A DNA stretch of 64,000 nucleotides, taken from the NCBI RefSeq assembly GCF_965232925.1, contig NZ_CBDDRA010000001.1:64001-128000 (forward strand). The letters run 5' to 3'. The stretch comes from Tumidithrix helvetica PCC 7403. Lineage in GTDB: Bacteria; Cyanobacteriota; Cyanobacteriia; Pseudanabaenales; Pseudanabaenaceae. Below the pieces are notes generated by a model. The model saw only the letters and a list, made by a program, of their open reading frames with translations. It ran no database searches and was not told where the DNA came from. Made by a program: the position numbers and the translations under genes. Below, in pieces: positions 20,027 to 31,627 of this stretch (its first letter is position 1; each line of letters starts with the position of its first letter).

Positions 20027-21598
20027 CTACTTTGACTTGTCAATTTTTGATAATTGCATGACGCGATTTACTGCTTCTTGAATAAAAGATTTGATGAACT
20101 CATCGCGGCGGTTGAGTTGAAACTGACGTTGTACGACCTCGGCAATACCACCATCGCCCCAATCTTGATTGCGGCTGAAATATTCAATAAAACTTTTCCC
20201 TGCAATGCGCGTGAGATAGGCAGCCGTTACACCTTGCACGGTGGCTTTGAGTAGCAATCCCACAATTGTTAAAGAAATTGCAGTCGAGACAATCTGCACG
20301 ACGCCTTTAACAATCCCCAGACTAACTAAAGTGCGTGTTAGCGAAGAGGCTAATTCCTTGCCGCGTTCTAAATTAATATCAGCGCCATAGACCTTGCCCA
20401 GTTCCACCACCATTTGCGCGTTAATCGCGGCGGTTGCCAGCAAGTCCACCACAGGCAAAGGCGTAGCAAACACTACCCCAGCTACCAACCATTGAAATTT
20501 CTCAACAACTTTTTCCGCTTCTGCTTGCCGTTGGGTATTGATAATCCGACGTGCCTCTGCTCCTAAACGTTGAGATTGCAAAAGTACGTTATCTGCAATC
20601 AACTCGTCGGCTTCGTAATTAAGAATATCCACCAACTGGGTCAAAAGCGGTTTAAGTTTCGGTGATGGCGTAACGATTTCTCCCGAATCTAAAGTAAGCG
20701 TGGCTGGACGTGCGGCGATCGCCACCACATCTCCAGGAGCAATAAACGAAACCACGCGCTGGCGTAGCTGGGCAAGAATGGACTCGCGATCGCTTTTGGT
20801 AAAGCGGTCAACTTTGTTAAACACCAATAGGGTGCGCTTACCGATCGCGGTGAGAGCTTTGAGCGCTTCATATTCTGATTGGCGCAGGTCGTCATCCACG
20901 ACAAACAATAATAAATCTGCCTCTGTTGCCAATAGTCTTGCTTCTTGCTCGCGATCGCTACCGATCGCACCTGCCTCCAAGATCCCAGGGCAGTCAGTAA
21001 TAATCACGGGGAATTCTAGATTTTTAAACCTGACGGGGGCATAGGTTTCGCCAATCGTCGTGGTTCCCATCACCGCACCGACCTCACCTTTGGGAATCGC
21101 CTCAGCAGAATTTTTATCTACAGCTTTATCTACAGCCTGTGCCTCAGCCAGTAGCGCGTTCACCAGTGAAGTTTTGCCTGCGGAGCCAACGCCAAACACA
21201 ACCACTTTTAACTCTAACCGCGTAAAACTATCACGCAAATCTTCGGAGCGTTCGAGCAGAGATCGCTTGGTAATCTCATCTTGAATTTGCTCTAACTGCT
21301 GCTGAAGCGCTGCAATACTTTCTTCGGCAGCTTCAACTTTATCGGTAGAAACCTCTGGCTCGGGACGTTTTTTCTCTGGTTCAGTCCCAAAGATACGCAA
21401 ATACCGCCAAATGGCTATAAATAGCCCAAAAAGCAGGGCAATCAAGAGCAATACGCACAACCCTGCCAAAATTGGCGAAGCCGTAGCAATGAGATTGTAA
21501 ATTTGTAAGATGCGATCGAGCAAAGCCACGGCAAAGGAAACAATTAGCCCAATACCGATAAATAACAATAGCGATCGCAACCAAGGAAATCTTGCCAT
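20027..21598 (-). CDS. Membrane-anchored GTP-binding protein (GTPase domain plus C-terminal DUF697-like membrane domain)
   Basis: N-terminal TM helices; G1 GVGSAGKTS, G3 DCPG, G4 NKVD; hydrophobic C-terminal region. Confidence 0.75.
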   Translation of the reverse strand: MARFPWLRSLLLFIGIGLIVSFAVALLDRILQIYNLIATASPILAGLCVLLLIALLFGLFIAIWRYLRIFGTEPEKKRPEPEVSTDKVEAAEESIAALQQQLEQIQDEITKRSLLERSEDLRDSFTRLELKVVVFGVGSAGKTSLVNALLAEAQAVDKAVDKNSAEAIPKGEVGAVMGTTTIGETYAPVRFKNLEFPVIITDCPGILEAGAIGSDREQEARLLATEADLLLFVVDDDLRQSEYEALKALTAIGKRTLLVFNKVDRFTKSDRESILAQLRQRVVSFIAPGDVVAIAARPATLTLDSGEIVTPSPKLKPLLTQLVDILNYEADELIADNVLLQSQRLGAEARRIINTQRQAEAEKVVEKFQWLVAGVVFATPLPVVDLLATAAINAQMVVELGKVYGADINLERGKELASSLTRTLVSLGIVKGVVQIVSTAISLTIVGLLLKATVQGVTAAYLTRIAGKSFIEYFSRNQDWGDGGIAEVVQRQFQLNRRDEFIKSFIQEAVNRVMQLSKIDKSK

Positions 21599-21727
21599 TG
21601 CCCTATCCTACATGGAGAATTTTGCGAATTGCTTCACTTAGATTATCTCTAGCACATTTTTTGCTGCCGAGCATTGTCCAGACTATAGCGCTCCTATTTG
21701 ATACATGAGAAATTCTTTCCTCTGCAT

Positions 21728-21763
21728 TGAGCGTAGGGGCAATTCATGAATTGCCCCTACGCT
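21728..21763. repeat. Perfect 36-bp palindrome GAGCGTAGGGGCAATTCATGAATTGCCCCTACGCTC (short interspersed palindromic repeat family)
   Basis: Seen in the sequence. A near-identical copy lies at 60064-60091 and a related CCCCTAC/GTAGGGG hairpin at 9497-9568. Confidence 0.8.
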
Positions 21764-21786
21764 CATCATGATTAAATCGGAGCGTG

Positions 21787-22581
21787 TCAAAGCCAAAGAT
21801 GCATTAAGTCACGTTGTCCCCATAGTAGCCAAAAACCACTGACTACCATTGAGGTTAAAACTAACTGGCGAAACTGTTGGGCATTCATATAATTCTCTAG
21901 AATATATTTACCCAAAAAATTAGCTGGAATTGCTACCAGCCCAATTACCAAACCCGCTCCAATATTATCCGCTGACAATACCCCAAAGATTCCATAGGTA
22001 ATAATTTTAACCAAGTGGATAATGACCATGTGAATAGCTTTAGTGGCAATCAACTGCTCTTTGACCAGGCCATAGCCTAGGTAAAATGGGTTTAAGACGG
22101 GACCAGTTGTACCAACGAGTCCAGAGACAAAAGCTTTTAGGAATCCAGCGGGTAAGATATACCAAGCTTTTAGTTTTGTTTGTGGGGCGGGAATCTCGTT
22201 TTTAGCTTTTAGGTCTAGTTCGGGTTTCTTGTCCGATTTCTTTTCGATCGCAAAGCCAAAAACACTGATTATCAGAAAAACACCAATCAGGAGTTGCAGC
22301 CAATCGAGATGAATTTGGGTAAAGGTATAAGCCCCAAGGATTGCACCTGCGATCGCTCCAGGTGCGTACCAAAATGTCAATTTCCAATCAATATGTCGCC
22401 AAAATAGTGAAATGCGATGGGCATTCCCTAAAAACATGCCAATCGTAATCACAGGGGGTACGGCGGCAGCTCCCAACATGACATTCACCAAAGGGATGAG
22501 TATAAACGGGCTACCACCGCCAGCGAGGGTACTAACCACCCATGCAAAGAAACTGATTATGGCTAGAGAAATTATTGACAT
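21787..22581 (-). CDS. Sulfite exporter TauE/SafE family membrane protein (DUF81)
   Basis: 264 aa; two 4-TM halves; the GGGSPFILIPL-type motif. Confidence 0.8.
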   Translation of the reverse strand: MSIISLAIISFFAWVVSTLAGGGSPFILIPLVNVMLGAAAVPPVITIGMFLGNAHRISLFWRHIDWKLTFWYAPGAIAGAILGAYTFTQIHLDWLQLLIGVFLIISVFGFAIEKKSDKKPELDLKAKNEIPAPQTKLKAWYILPAGFLKAFVSGLVGTTGPVLNPFYLGYGLVKEQLIATKAIHMVIIHLVKIITYGIFGVLSADNIGAGLVIGLVAIPANFLGKYILENYMNAQQFRQLVLTSMVVSGFWLLWGQRDLMHLWL

Positions 22582-22670
22582 GAAGTGACAGTCGATTTGA
22601 AGTCTGATTTAGCTTCATTTTAGTTAATTTTGCTGAAACTGGGGGTATAAACCGTAGCCGATTATGGATA

Positions 22671-22708
22671 AGAGATAAAAATGCCCCCTAGTTAAGTAGG
22701 AGGCATTT
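22671..22708 (-). terminator. Rho-independent terminator after ftsH
   Basis: Minus strand: AAATGCCTCCTA-CTTAAC-TAGGGGGCATTT followed by TTATCTCT, about 45 nt after the ftsH stop. Confidence 0.65.
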
Positions 22709-22754
22709 AGAAAAGGGTTTAAGAAATCTCTGATGAAAATTGCGGGCAAGTGGT

Positions 22755-24620
22755 CTAGAACGTAGCAGCTAATCTGAGTTCGCTTGTGTCTAAGATTTCC
22801 TGTAGCTCATCAGAGTCAACGGTTTCACGCTCGATTAATGCTTCTGCAATCTTGTCAAGCACATGGCGGTTGTCTAGCAAGAGTTGCTTCGCCAACCTGT
22901 AGGCGCGATCGACCAATTGACCGACTTCATCATCGATCATAGCTGCGGTTTCTTCGGAAAAGTCGCGTTCGGCAGCAATCTCACGACCGAGGAACATATT
23001 GCCGCTAGAACGCCCCAAAGCCACAGGCCCCAATTTTTCGCTCATGCCGAAACGCATGACCATCTGACGCGCGATCGCTGCCACCTGTTGCAGATCGCTA
23101 GAGGCTCCAGTTGTAACTTCTTCTTCACCAAACACAATTTCTTCGGCTAGTCTGCCACCCAAAGCCACTGCCATTTGATTTTGCAAGTAGATGCGGCTTT
23201 GCATCCGATCTTCGGTAGGTAAGAACCAAGTCAAACCACCCGCACGTCCGCGTGGAATAATCGTGACTTTTTGAACGGCATCGTAATCAGGCAGTAAAGC
23301 ACCAACCAAGGCATGGCCTGATTCATGGTAGGCAACCAACTTTTTGCGCTTGTCGCTCATCACCCGATCTTTCTTTTCGGGCCCAGCCAAGACGCGATCG
23401 ACGGCATCATTGATTTCGTCCATCGAGATCTCAGTCAAGTTGCGACGAGCCGCCAAAATCGCAGCTTCGTTCAGCAAGTTAGAGAGGTCAGCACCTGTAA
23501 ACCCGGGGGTACGACGGGCAATCTTTTCGAGGTCAACATCTTGTCCTAAGGTCTTGCCACGGGCATGAACGCCCAGAATTTCTAAACGGCCAGCAAAATC
23601 GGGGCGATCGACCACAACTTGGCGATCGAATCGACCTGGGCGCAGCAAGGCGGCATCAAGGACATCAGGACGGTTGGTTGCTGCGATGATGATGATACCC
23701 GTGTTGCCCTCAAACCCATCCATTTCGGTGAGCAGTTGGTTGAGGGTTTGCTCGCGCTCGTCATTACCACCACCGAGTCCAGCACCACGTTGGCGACCGA
23801 CAGCATCGATTTCATCAATAAATACAATACAAGGTGCGTTTGATTTGGCTTGCTCGAACAGATCGCGCACTCTAGAAGCACCAACCCCTACAAACATTTC
23901 GACAAACTCTGAGCCAGATATGCTAAAGAAAGGCACGCCAGCTTCACCAGCGACGGCACGCGCAAGCAGGGTTTTACCAGTTCCGGGAGGCCCAACTAAC
24001 AGGACGCCTTTAGGAATCTTGGCTCCGACTGCGGTAAAGCGATCGCTATTTTTGAGGAAGTCTACAACTTCAGTTAACTCTAGTTTGGCTTGTTCGATGC
24101 CTGCAACGTCGCTAAAGGTAACTTGGGTTTGTGGCTCCATTTGCACTCTGGCTTTGGACTTGCCAAAATTCATCGCTTGGCTACCAGGACCGACTTGGGC
24201 GCGACGCAGTAAAAAGAATAGTCCCACCAAAAGTAAAATCGGCAAGATCAAACTACTGAGGGTTTGAAAGAGTGCGCCATCATTACGGCGGGGTGCAACA
24301 TCAAATTCGATATTGTTGGTGCTGAGCGTTTCGCTAAATGTGGGGTCGTTGGGCAAGTTTACCCGCACCTTTTTACCGCCACTATTAGGTACAGTGACTT
24401 CTGCCCAAGAGCGATCGGTGCTAAACGTGACTCTAGATACACCCGGGGGCGTCTTTTTCACTTCCGCAATAAGCTTACTGTAGCGCCATTCACCTTGAGG
24501 CTGGGGCTGACTATCGAGTAAAGCTGCACCGAGCGTAATCACCACGATCAATAACAGTGCGTATAAACCAAAACTCTTCCACTTTTTATTATCTTTGTTA
24601 TTATTTCCGTTATTTTTCAC
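22755..24620 (-). CDS. ftsH: ATP-dependent zinc metalloprotease FtsH
   Basis: 621 aa; Walker A GPPGTGKT; second region of homology; HEXXH (HESGHAL) protease motif. Confidence 0.95.
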   Translation of the reverse strand: MKNNGNNNKDNKKWKSFGLYALLLIVVITLGAALLDSQPQPQGEWRYSKLIAEVKKTPPGVSRVTFSTDRSWAEVTVPNSGGKKVRVNLPNDPTFSETLSTNNIEFDVAPRRNDGALFQTLSSLILPILLLVGLFFLLRRAQVGPGSQAMNFGKSKARVQMEPQTQVTFSDVAGIEQAKLELTEVVDFLKNSDRFTAVGAKIPKGVLLVGPPGTGKTLLARAVAGEAGVPFFSISGSEFVEMFVGVGASRVRDLFEQAKSNAPCIVFIDEIDAVGRQRGAGLGGGNDEREQTLNQLLTEMDGFEGNTGIIIIAATNRPDVLDAALLRPGRFDRQVVVDRPDFAGRLEILGVHARGKTLGQDVDLEKIARRTPGFTGADLSNLLNEAAILAARRNLTEISMDEINDAVDRVLAGPEKKDRVMSDKRKKLVAYHESGHALVGALLPDYDAVQKVTIIPRGRAGGLTWFLPTEDRMQSRIYLQNQMAVALGGRLAEEIVFGEEEVTTGASSDLQQVAAIARQMVMRFGMSEKLGPVALGRSSGNMFLGREIAAERDFSEETAAMIDDEVGQLVDRAYRLAKQLLLDNRHVLDKIAEALIERETVDSDELQEILDTSELRLAATF

Positions 24621-24987
24621 TGCTACAACTCCATCAGAGGGCTATTCTTTAATTTTAAAGAATTTAATTATTAACTAATATTAACCTAATGAAATCCAAT
24701 GTGCCTGAACATCAGTCTTAGGGACTATCTGCGCTAAATTTCAAGAATTTTGACAATGGTCGTTATACCAATTTCTCTTGAAATTGCGACAGATCGGGTT
24801 TTGTGTTCCGCGCGGAGCGCGGTCTTTTCAAAAAGATGCGTTGCATCACTTTTTGAAAATGGTATTACTTAAAATTTTAAGTGCGATCGCAAAATTGAGC
24901 GAGATGAACCATTCGAGCGCCAAAATCAGATTACGCTTGGGTTGATTTTTTTCAAACCCTTGAACGCGATTTAATTGCGAGGATATT

Positions 24988-25428
24988 ATGTCGATTCCAG
25001 TCTTGACCCAAAAACTTTTAGCAGCAAAGAAAGCAAAGGGATTAAGCTTTGCAGATTTAGAGAAGGTCTTAGGACGCGATGAAGTTTGGATTGCCGCTTT
25101 GTTTTACGGTCAGGCAACTGCATCTAAGGATGAAGCGAGTAAACTTGCGAGTCTCTTAGAGCTTGAGCCAGATGCAGTTGCCGAACTCGTGAGTTATCCC
25201 TTAAAAGGTCTAGACCCAGTTGTTGCTGTCGATCCTTTGCTGTATCGTTTCTATGAAATTTTGCAGGTTTACGGAATGCCCATGAAGGAAGTTATTCAGG
25301 AAAAGTTTGGAGATGGGATTATGAGTGCGATCGACTTTACGCTGGATATTGAAAAGATTGATGATCCTAAGGGCGATCGCGTTCAGGTGACGATGAATGG
25401 CAAGTTCTTACCCTACAAGAAGTGGTAA
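24988..25428 (+). CDS. cynS: Cyanate hydratase (cyanase)
   Basis: 146 aa, conserved over the whole length ([20 protein letters not shown]...; C-terminal catalytic domain). Confidence 0.9.
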   Translation: MSIPVLTQKLLAAKKAKGLSFADLEKVLGRDEVWIAALFYGQATASKDEASKLASLLELEPDAVAELVSYPLKGLDPVVAVDPLLYRFYEILQVYGMPMKEVIQEKFGDGIMSAIDFTLDIEKIDDPKGDRVQVTMNGKFLPYKKW

Positions 25429-25445
25429 CGGATTTAATTTCAATG

Positions 25446-25489
25446 GATTTGGATGATGCGTAACGCATCGCTAACCCATCATCCAAATC
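25446..25489 (+). terminator. Stem-loop after cynS
   Basis: GATTTGGATGATG (25446-58) pairs perfectly with CATCATCCAAATC (25477-89), 13 bp, with an 18-nt loop. No U-tract follows. Confidence 0.4.
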
Positions 25490-25587
25490 GCCAATTCACA
25501 ACTGAAGTGCCACAACTACTTCTAAGGAACTTGTTACCCTCAAAAACGTCCGAAGGGATCGAGAAAAATTTCAGACCTTGATACTTT

Positions 25588-26304
25588 ATGCCATTTTTTT
25601 CAGTTCTTATTGCATTACTTAGCGATCGCGATCGATTTATTGAAGAAATCTATGACGGCATCAAAATCAATACTAAAATAGTGGGATTGTTAGTATGTAG
25701 CTCCATATTTTTAGCAATTTATGGCGGCTTGATTGGTGCAGTTAGTTCTTGGATGCAGGTTTTATCTTCAGCGGCAAAATTGCCATTTTTATTCCTCATC
25801 ACTTTAGCAATCTGCTTACCAGCGCTTTATTTCTTTAATGTCTACTTCGGCGCGAAAACCCGTTTAGACCAATATGCTGCAATTTTGCTTTGCGCTGTGA
25901 CCATTACAAGCACATTACTATTTGGTTTTTCTCCCGTTACATTATTTTTCTTGATTACGACAGACAACTATTCTTTTTTCCTTTTATTAAATGTAGCAAT
26001 ATTCACATTGACTGGACTGATTGGAGTTTACTTTCTTTATCAAGTTTTGCTGCCAAAGGTTGAACCTCTTACCTTAGATCAGGCTTTAGCGAGAGCAGAT
26101 ACTTTAGTTGATAAAAATCGCAAGGTTCGCATATCTATTTTAAAGTTCTGGCTTGGGCTTTATGCATTTGTTGGCAGTCAGATGGCTTGGACGCTCAGAC
26201 CGTTTTTTGGTTCTTTTGGCTCTAAATTCGATCTTTTTCGTCCCCGTGAAGGAAATTTCTATCTGGCAGTCTGGAATTCCATTAGGCAAATGTTTTTCCA
26301 ATAA
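25588..26304 (+). CDS. Hypothetical polytopic membrane protein (5-6 TM)
   Basis: 238-aa ORF with several hydrophobic helices. No motif I can assign. Confidence 0.55.
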   Translation: MPFFSVLIALLSDRDRFIEEIYDGIKINTKIVGLLVCSSIFLAIYGGLIGAVSSWMQVLSSAAKLPFLFLITLAICLPALYFFNVYFGAKTRLDQYAAILLCAVTITSTLLFGFSPVTLFFLITTDNYSFFLLLNVAIFTLTGLIGVYFLYQVLLPKVEPLTLDQALARADTLVDKNRKVRISILKFWLGLYAFVGSQMAWTLRPFFGSFGSKFDLFRPREGNFYLAVWNSIRQMFFQ

Positions 26305-26325
26305 ATCTGAGCTTATCCAACAAGT

Positions 26326-27051
26326 ATGCAAGCTGATATCAAGCACTTACAGATTACCGAGCAAGATTTAGAAAGGGTAACAGGAAAAGAAATTAGCCTC
26401 TTACTTATGGGAAGCGCGTACAAGATTTTTATCCTAAAAAAGCCTAAACTTTGGGTTCCTTTTTTGCTGAGTGAGGCAATTACTTTATTCTTGATTTCGA
26501 TTTTTAGTTTGCCAATTAGCATCATGATCTTTCAGGCTTTCCATAGTTCCATCGAGAATCATCAAGATCGGATTGGATTTGCTATTTTTGTATTCTCTCT
26601 AGTGCTAATTTTATTTCTGAGTTGGAATTTTTTTGCTTGGAATAGAGCTAAAAAAATGACTTGTTTATATCACCTCCTTGATGAAGTTGATAAGTATAAT
26701 CAGGTGATTTTTGCTGTAGATATTTGCGATCGCCTCAAGTCTGTTGGCAATCAATCCTCAAAGCTCGATCGTCGAGAGGATATCCTGCAAGCACTTGAGC
26801 TAACAAGAGATAGTTTGATTTGTGGTTTGACAACTGAAAGAATCTTACGAGAGCATCGTCATTTCTTAAGCGATCGCCATACACTCTTTAGCAATATCGA
26901 GCAAAATTCGATCGCTTTGGAGTCATTAGAGGTTCAAAATCAAGCCGATCGGTATAGTTCCCTGCTGAGTGATGCTTTAGTGATTGGGATGAACGTCCAG
27001 AACGAAATGCTGAAGTTACAAAACTACGAAAGCGCCACACTAAAGCCATGA
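26326..27051 (+). CDS. Hypothetical membrane protein (two TM hairpins plus a C-terminal soluble region)
   Basis: 241-aa ORF 21 nt after the previous one. Its 3' end overlaps the coaE 3' end by 28 nt (convergent). Confidence 0.5.
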   Translation: MQADIKHLQITEQDLERVTGKEISLLLMGSAYKIFILKKPKLWVPFLLSEAITLFLISIFSLPISIMIFQAFHSSIENHQDRIGFAIFVFSLVLILFLSWNFFAWNRAKKMTCLYHLLDEVDKYNQVIFAVDICDRLKSVGNQSSKLDRREDILQALELTRDSLICGLTTERILREHRHFLSDRHTLFSNIEQNSIALESLEVQNQADRYSSLLSDALVIGMNVQNEMLKLQNYESATLKP

Positions 27052-27656
27052 ATTGAGTTAAATAGGGCGTTATCCACTTGCTCGAATAGTTCAGCCGATG
27101 TCCCATTGTTTTCTAACACGACATCGGCTAGCAAAACTTTTTCGGATAGAGGCATCTGACTTTGAATGCGCAGTTTTGCTTCCTCGGCTGACAATCGATT
27201 GCGTTGCATCAGTCGCTCTAATTCCAAATTTAAATCGCAAGCAACCACCCAGATCTCTGTAACTAAATTTTGCAACTTTGCCTCAAACAATAAGGGAATC
27301 ACCATCACCAGGGTATTGGGCTGATATTGTTTGACAGTAGTGTGGAAGCGATCTCGTACATAGGGATGAATTAAGCTCTCTAACCATTTGCGCTCTGTCG
27401 CATCTTGAAAAATAATCGCGCCTAATTTTTGGCGATTCAGGCTAGGGGGCTGGTTGGATTCTATCGTTTGACTATTATCCAAAATCTCAGTTCCATAACG
27501 CTGGATAATTTGATTGAGGATTTCTCCTTGCACGGCTTCTCGCGCGTAAACATCCGCATCGAGAATAGGTAATCCATAGGTTTGATGCAGATAGTCTGAA
27601 ACCATGGTTTTGCCTGTGGCGATTCCACCTGTAATGCCAATAATGCGCTGACTCAT
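27024..27656 (-). CDS. coaE: Dephospho-CoA kinase
   Basis: Begins IIGITGGIATGKTMV (P-loop). Confidence 0.9.
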   Translation of the reverse strand: MSQRIIGITGGIATGKTMVSDYLHQTYGLPILDADVYAREAVQGEILNQIIQRYGTEILDNSQTIESNQPPSLNRQKLGAIIFQDATERKWLESLIHPYVRDRFHTTVKQYQPNTLVMVIPLLFEAKLQNLVTEIWVVACDLNLELERLMQRNRLSAEEAKLRIQSQMPLSEKVLLADVVLENNGTSAELFEQVDNALFNSIHGFSVALS

Positions 27657-27662
27657 CTGTTT

Positions 27663-28169
27663 TTAGGATGAACTATTAGCTAGATCGAGTTCCATTGGTT
27701 GAAAGCGTAATGACAAAGCGATCGCTACTTCCGCAGGCACAAGATGATCGACGGGCCCGCCACATCTGGCAATTTCCTTCACGACACTGCTACTTAAGAA
27801 GCTGTATTCATTCGATGTCGAGAGAAATACCGTTTCAATTTCCTCGGCGAGGGTCTTGTTGGTATGTGCCATTTGCAGTTCCATCTCAAAGTCTGAAACC
27901 GCTCTTAAGCCCCGAATCAGAACCTGCGCTTGTTTGAGCCTTGCAAAAGTAACGGTTAGTCCAGAAAATGTATCGACATCGATATTCTCTAGATGCCTTG
28001 TCGCTATTTTGATTTGCTCGATCCGTTCTTGAATTGTAAACAAAGGGGATTTATTCGGATTTCGCAGTACTGCCACGATCGTCCGCTCAAACAGTTGACT
28101 GCTGCGCTTGATGATATCTAAATGTCCAAACGTAATTGGGTCAAAGCTGCCGGGGTAAATGGCAATCAC
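27663..28169 (-). CDS. coaD: Phosphopantetheine adenylyltransferase
   Basis: Begins [20 protein letters not shown] (T/HxGH motif). Confidence 0.9.
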   Translation of the reverse strand: MIAIYPGSFDPITFGHLDIIKRSSQLFERTIVAVLRNPNKSPLFTIQERIEQIKIATRHLENIDVDTFSGLTVTFARLKQAQVLIRGLRAVSDFEMELQMAHTNKTLAEEIETVFLSTSNEYSFLSSSVVKEIARCGGPVDHLVPAEVAIALSLRFQPMELDLANSSS

Positions 28170-28258
28170 GTGATTTAATCTCTTAACGCATCAATTGGGA
28201 TTATCTTAATCGATCGCATGCCTCCGCCGCCACAAACCGCAAGTTGTCTGTCAAGCGA

Positions 28259-29182
28259 TCAATAGGCTGTGACGATCTCTAAAAGCTCGGCGGTGATCGC
28301 AGTTTGACGCTCTTGTTGATAGGCAATCGTAAATTCTGCAATGCGTTCCTCAATATTCTTCTCAGCAATTTGCATGGAGGCGAGGCGGCTGGCATTTTCG
28401 CTGGCGAGGGACTCGACAAAGGCGCGATAGAGAGAGATAAAGAAATATTGTCGCAATAGCGAAGCGAATAGCCGATCGCTGGACATGGTAAACGTGGGCA
28501 GCGATCGCGATTGCCATGTCTGTTGTGCGATCGTTTGCAACCATTGCCGATCGAGGGGCAAGAGTTGTAGTTTGCTGGGTTCGCTAAAGGTACTGGCATG
28601 GAGGCGGTTGTAAAACAGCAGGATGCGATCGATCCGATCGCGATCGCGCCAAGTTTCGATTTGAATCAACATTTCCTGTACCATCGGCGTAATCCCTACG
28701 AGGGAACTGGGCATCTCGAAGGTTTGGGCGATCGCAAAACCCGCAGTTTCTAAGGGAGGAATAATCCTTGTGCCTACGGTAAATATGGACAGGCGATCGG
28801 CTGCGATCTCTGTATGTTGAATTTCCGCGATCGCATAACGGGCAATCTGTTCGTTAAATTGTCCGCACATTCCCTGTTCCGAACCAAAGACAATCGCACC
28901 GCAGCGTTTGCTAGAAACTTGAGTCAGGGCGAAAGGCGTACTTTTAAGAGGTTCGCCGTTATTGCCATGCATGCCATTCGCTTGGATAAATCCCTGGGGA
29001 TGCATGGTTTTGAGAACGACATACAATCCCTTTTCGATGGTTTGGGTATATTCGCTCAGGGATGCCACCGCTTGCTCGTATTGATGGATATTGACTGCTG
29101 CCAGCACCTTCATCATTTTGACGACCGATCGCAGGTCGGTAGCCGTATGAATTTGGCGTTGCAGCGATTGAATGGAGGTCAT
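28259..29182 (-). CDS. atpG: N-ATPase (F-type) subunit gamma
   Basis: 307 aa; N-terminal [29 protein letters not shown] and a C-terminal coiled-coil helix. Last gene of the operon; its start overlaps atpA by 4 nt. Confidence 0.85.
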   Translation of the reverse strand: MTSIQSLQRQIHTATDLRSVVKMMKVLAAVNIHQYEQAVASLSEYTQTIEKGLYVVLKTMHPQGFIQANGMHGNNGEPLKSTPFALTQVSSKRCGAIVFGSEQGMCGQFNEQIARYAIAEIQHTEIAADRLSIFTVGTRIIPPLETAGFAIAQTFEMPSSLVGITPMVQEMLIQIETWRDRDRIDRILLFYNRLHASTFSEPSKLQLLPLDRQWLQTIAQQTWQSRSLPTFTMSSDRLFASLLRQYFFISLYRAFVESLASENASRLASMQIAEKNIEERIAEFTIAYQQERQTAITAELLEIVTAY

Positions 29183-30723
29183 GGAGTTCCTCCTGTTTCT
29201 GAATTATGATTTGAATTACTGAGGCGATCGCGGACAACCCGCAACAGAGATGCGCGATCGCTTGCACTCAGAGCTTCACCCCGTTCGATCCGATCGCAGA
29301 GATCGGGTAATTGGGCTGCGACTGCTTGGGCGATCGCAGTTTCACACGCGCTAATTTGACCGATCGGAATGGCATCGAGCAACCCTTCGGTAACGGCAAG
29401 CAGAATAGCGATTTGGGTGGCGACGGGCATAGGCTTGTACTGCGGTTGTTTGAGTACTTCGCGCACGCGCCGCCCCCGTTCTAAGGCAAGGCGGGTCGAT
29501 TCTTCTAGGCGCGTACCAAAGCGCGAGAAAGCTTCGAGTTCTTCAAATTGCGAATAGGAGAGCCGTAATGCCCCTGCAACCGAACGATAGGCGGGTAGCT
29601 GGGTTTTACCACCGACACGGGAAACGGATTTGCCCACATCGATCGCGGGCAATACGCCTTTTTGAAATAGCCCAGGCGATAGGTAAATCTGTCCGTCCGT
29701 AATCGAAATCAGGTTGGTGGGAATATAGGCAGCCATGTTTTGGGCTTCGGTTTCCAAGATTGGCAGTGCAGTGAGCGAACCACCACCGAGATTGGGATGG
29801 AGATGGGTGGAGCGTTCTAGCAGGCGGGAGTGAATGTAGAAAATATCCCCAGGAAAGGCTTCGCGACCGGGGGGACGGCGCAACAGCAGCGAGAGTTCGC
29901 GATAGGCACGGGCATGGGTGGTGAGGTCGTCGTAAATAATCAGAACATCGCGCCCCTGTTCCATAAAGTATTCTGCCATGGTCGTTGCGGCATAGGGCGC
30001 GACGAACTGCAATCCGGGCGGTTCTTCACCCGCAGCCATGACAACGGTGGTATAGTCCATCGCGCCGTATTCTTCCAAATCCGCAATTAGTTTAGCAACG
30101 GCGGTGCTGCGCTGTCCGATCGCGCAATACATGCAGAGAACATTTTTGTCTTTTTGATTGACGATCGTATCGATCGCAAGGGCACTTTTTCCTGTTTGGC
30201 GATCGCCCAAAATCAATTCCCGCTGTCCGCGCCCGATCGGAATGAGGGCATCGATCGCCTTGATTCCCGTTTGCAGAGGCACATTCACAGGAGCGCGATC
30301 CATAATTGCAGGGGCATTGCGTTCGGCAGGACGACGCTGGGAAGTACGGATCGCGCCTTTGCCATCGAGGGGACGACCGAGGGGATCGATCACCCGTCCG
30401 AGAATCGTATCGCCCACGGGAACTTCTAAAACCTTGCCCGTGCGCCGTACCTCGAAGCCTGCCCTGAGGCGATCGCTGGCATCGAGCAGAATAATGCCGA
30501 CTTCATCGGGGTCGAGGTTAAACACCATGCCCAGAGTGCCACCTGCAAAGCGAACGATTTCTTCTGATTCCACATGGGGCAATCCCGTCACTTTGGCAAT
30601 GCCCTGTCCGATCGACTGCACGATGCCGATTTCCTGCGATCGCAGGTCGGGGGGATGGGCGTTGAGTACGCGATCGTAAAGGGAGAGTGTCTCGTTGAAA
30701 ATGGTTTGCAAGAGATTATCCAT
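29179..30723 (-). CDS. atpA: N-ATPase subunit alpha
   Basis: 514 aa; Walker A GDRQTGKS; alpha signature regions. Confidence 0.9.
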   Translation of the reverse strand: MDNLLQTIFNETLSLYDRVLNAHPPDLRSQEIGIVQSIGQGIAKVTGLPHVESEEIVRFAGGTLGMVFNLDPDEVGIILLDASDRLRAGFEVRRTGKVLEVPVGDTILGRVIDPLGRPLDGKGAIRTSQRRPAERNAPAIMDRAPVNVPLQTGIKAIDALIPIGRGQRELILGDRQTGKSALAIDTIVNQKDKNVLCMYCAIGQRSTAVAKLIADLEEYGAMDYTTVVMAAGEEPPGLQFVAPYAATTMAEYFMEQGRDVLIIYDDLTTHARAYRELSLLLRRPPGREAFPGDIFYIHSRLLERSTHLHPNLGGGSLTALPILETEAQNMAAYIPTNLISITDGQIYLSPGLFQKGVLPAIDVGKSVSRVGGKTQLPAYRSVAGALRLSYSQFEELEAFSRFGTRLEESTRLALERGRRVREVLKQPQYKPMPVATQIAILLAVTEGLLDAIPIGQISACETAIAQAVAAQLPDLCDRIERGEALSASDRASLLRVVRDRLSNSNHNSETGGTP

Positions 30724-31627
30724 GCGCTGGCTCTACTCCTTCTGCATTAATTCCCTCGCTAATTTCTTCGCCTATTTCTTCACTGATTTCTTCGCCTATT
30801 TCTTCAACCAGAACAGAAGCTAAATTCTCTGCGATCGCATCGAGATAGGCTTCAATACTCCAAGTCAGTTTGTAGCCCCTGCCGCGCAGTTCGATACCAC
30901 AAATTAAATCGGGTTGGGTTTCGCAGTCCAAATCTAGATCGCCTAAATTCGCTGCATTCAAGTAATTCTGTAAGACCTGCGCGATCGCAGTGCGAATTGA
31001 TTCGGGCAATTCAAAGGCACTCACTAGGGTAAGGGCAATACTGCTCTGTTGCTCGGTTTGGGTTAAGGCAGTCACTAAGCCAATGCGATCGCGATCGGCA
31101 AGATTTTGCAAGCGTTGTAGGAATACCTTGGCGACCTGTGCCTCTAGGGTGACTTCTGCCAGATCCTTAAGCACCAACTGTACGGTTGCCTGTAACTGCT
31201 GCATCGTGCGATGGCGCACCTCCTGCAAAAACGCTTCTTTCTGTCGGCGCAGGCTTGCCTGCCACTGCGATCGCTCTACTGCCGCCGCATCGCGCACTTC
31301 CTGTAACAGCCTTTGGCGGGTTTGCTCGACCTCTGCCTGTGCTTGGGTGAGTAATTCCGCTTGTCTTGCCGCTAAGTCTGCTTGCATCTGTTGGTAATGG
31401 GCGACCTCCTGCTGTGCCTCCTGCTGCTTCTGCTCGGCGGAGTTTAAGCGATCGCGAATTGTTTGTTCGCGGCGTTCCATCGCTTTGACGATCGGCTTGT
31501 AAAGTAAGCGTTGCAGCACAAATACCAAAACAAAAAAGTTAACAATTTGCGCCGTAAAGGTAACCCAGTTAATTTCCACGCTTGTTACCCCCCTACTTTC
31601 GTAACGGCAGAAATCACGTAATTCCAA
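30716..31627 (-). CDS. atpF: N-ATPase subunit b, unusually long (303 aa), with a C-terminal extension and an EEIGEEIS tandem repeat
   Basis: Single N-terminal TM ([18 protein letters not shown]), a long coiled coil, then a roughly 120-aa C-terminal region. A GTG at 31579 preceded by AGGGGGG is an alternative start that would remove the 43-nt overlap with atpE. Confidence 0.75.
   Translation of the reverse strand: MELRDFCRYESRGVTSVEINWVTFTAQIVNFFVLVFVLQRLLYKPIVKAMERREQTIRDRLNSAEQKQQEAQQEVAHYQQMQADLAARQAELLTQAQAEVEQTRQRLLQEVRDAAAVERSQWQASLRRQKEAFLQEVRHRTMQQLQATVQLVLKDLAEVTLEAQVAKVFLQRLQNLADRDRIGLVTALTQTEQQSSIALTLVSAFELPESIRTAIAQVLQNYLNAANLGDLDLDCETQPDLICGIELRGRGYKLTWSIEAYLDAIAENLASVLVEEIGEEISEEIGEEISEGINAEGVEPAHG

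Noticed and set aside
23674-24267. Long antisense ORFs inside ftsH, atpA, atpF and atpD (for example 23674-24267, 30158-30679, 30990-31397, 34670-35170).
   Set aside because: Shadow ORFs opposite highly conserved genes. Their products are Arg/Ser/Pro-rich with no motifs.
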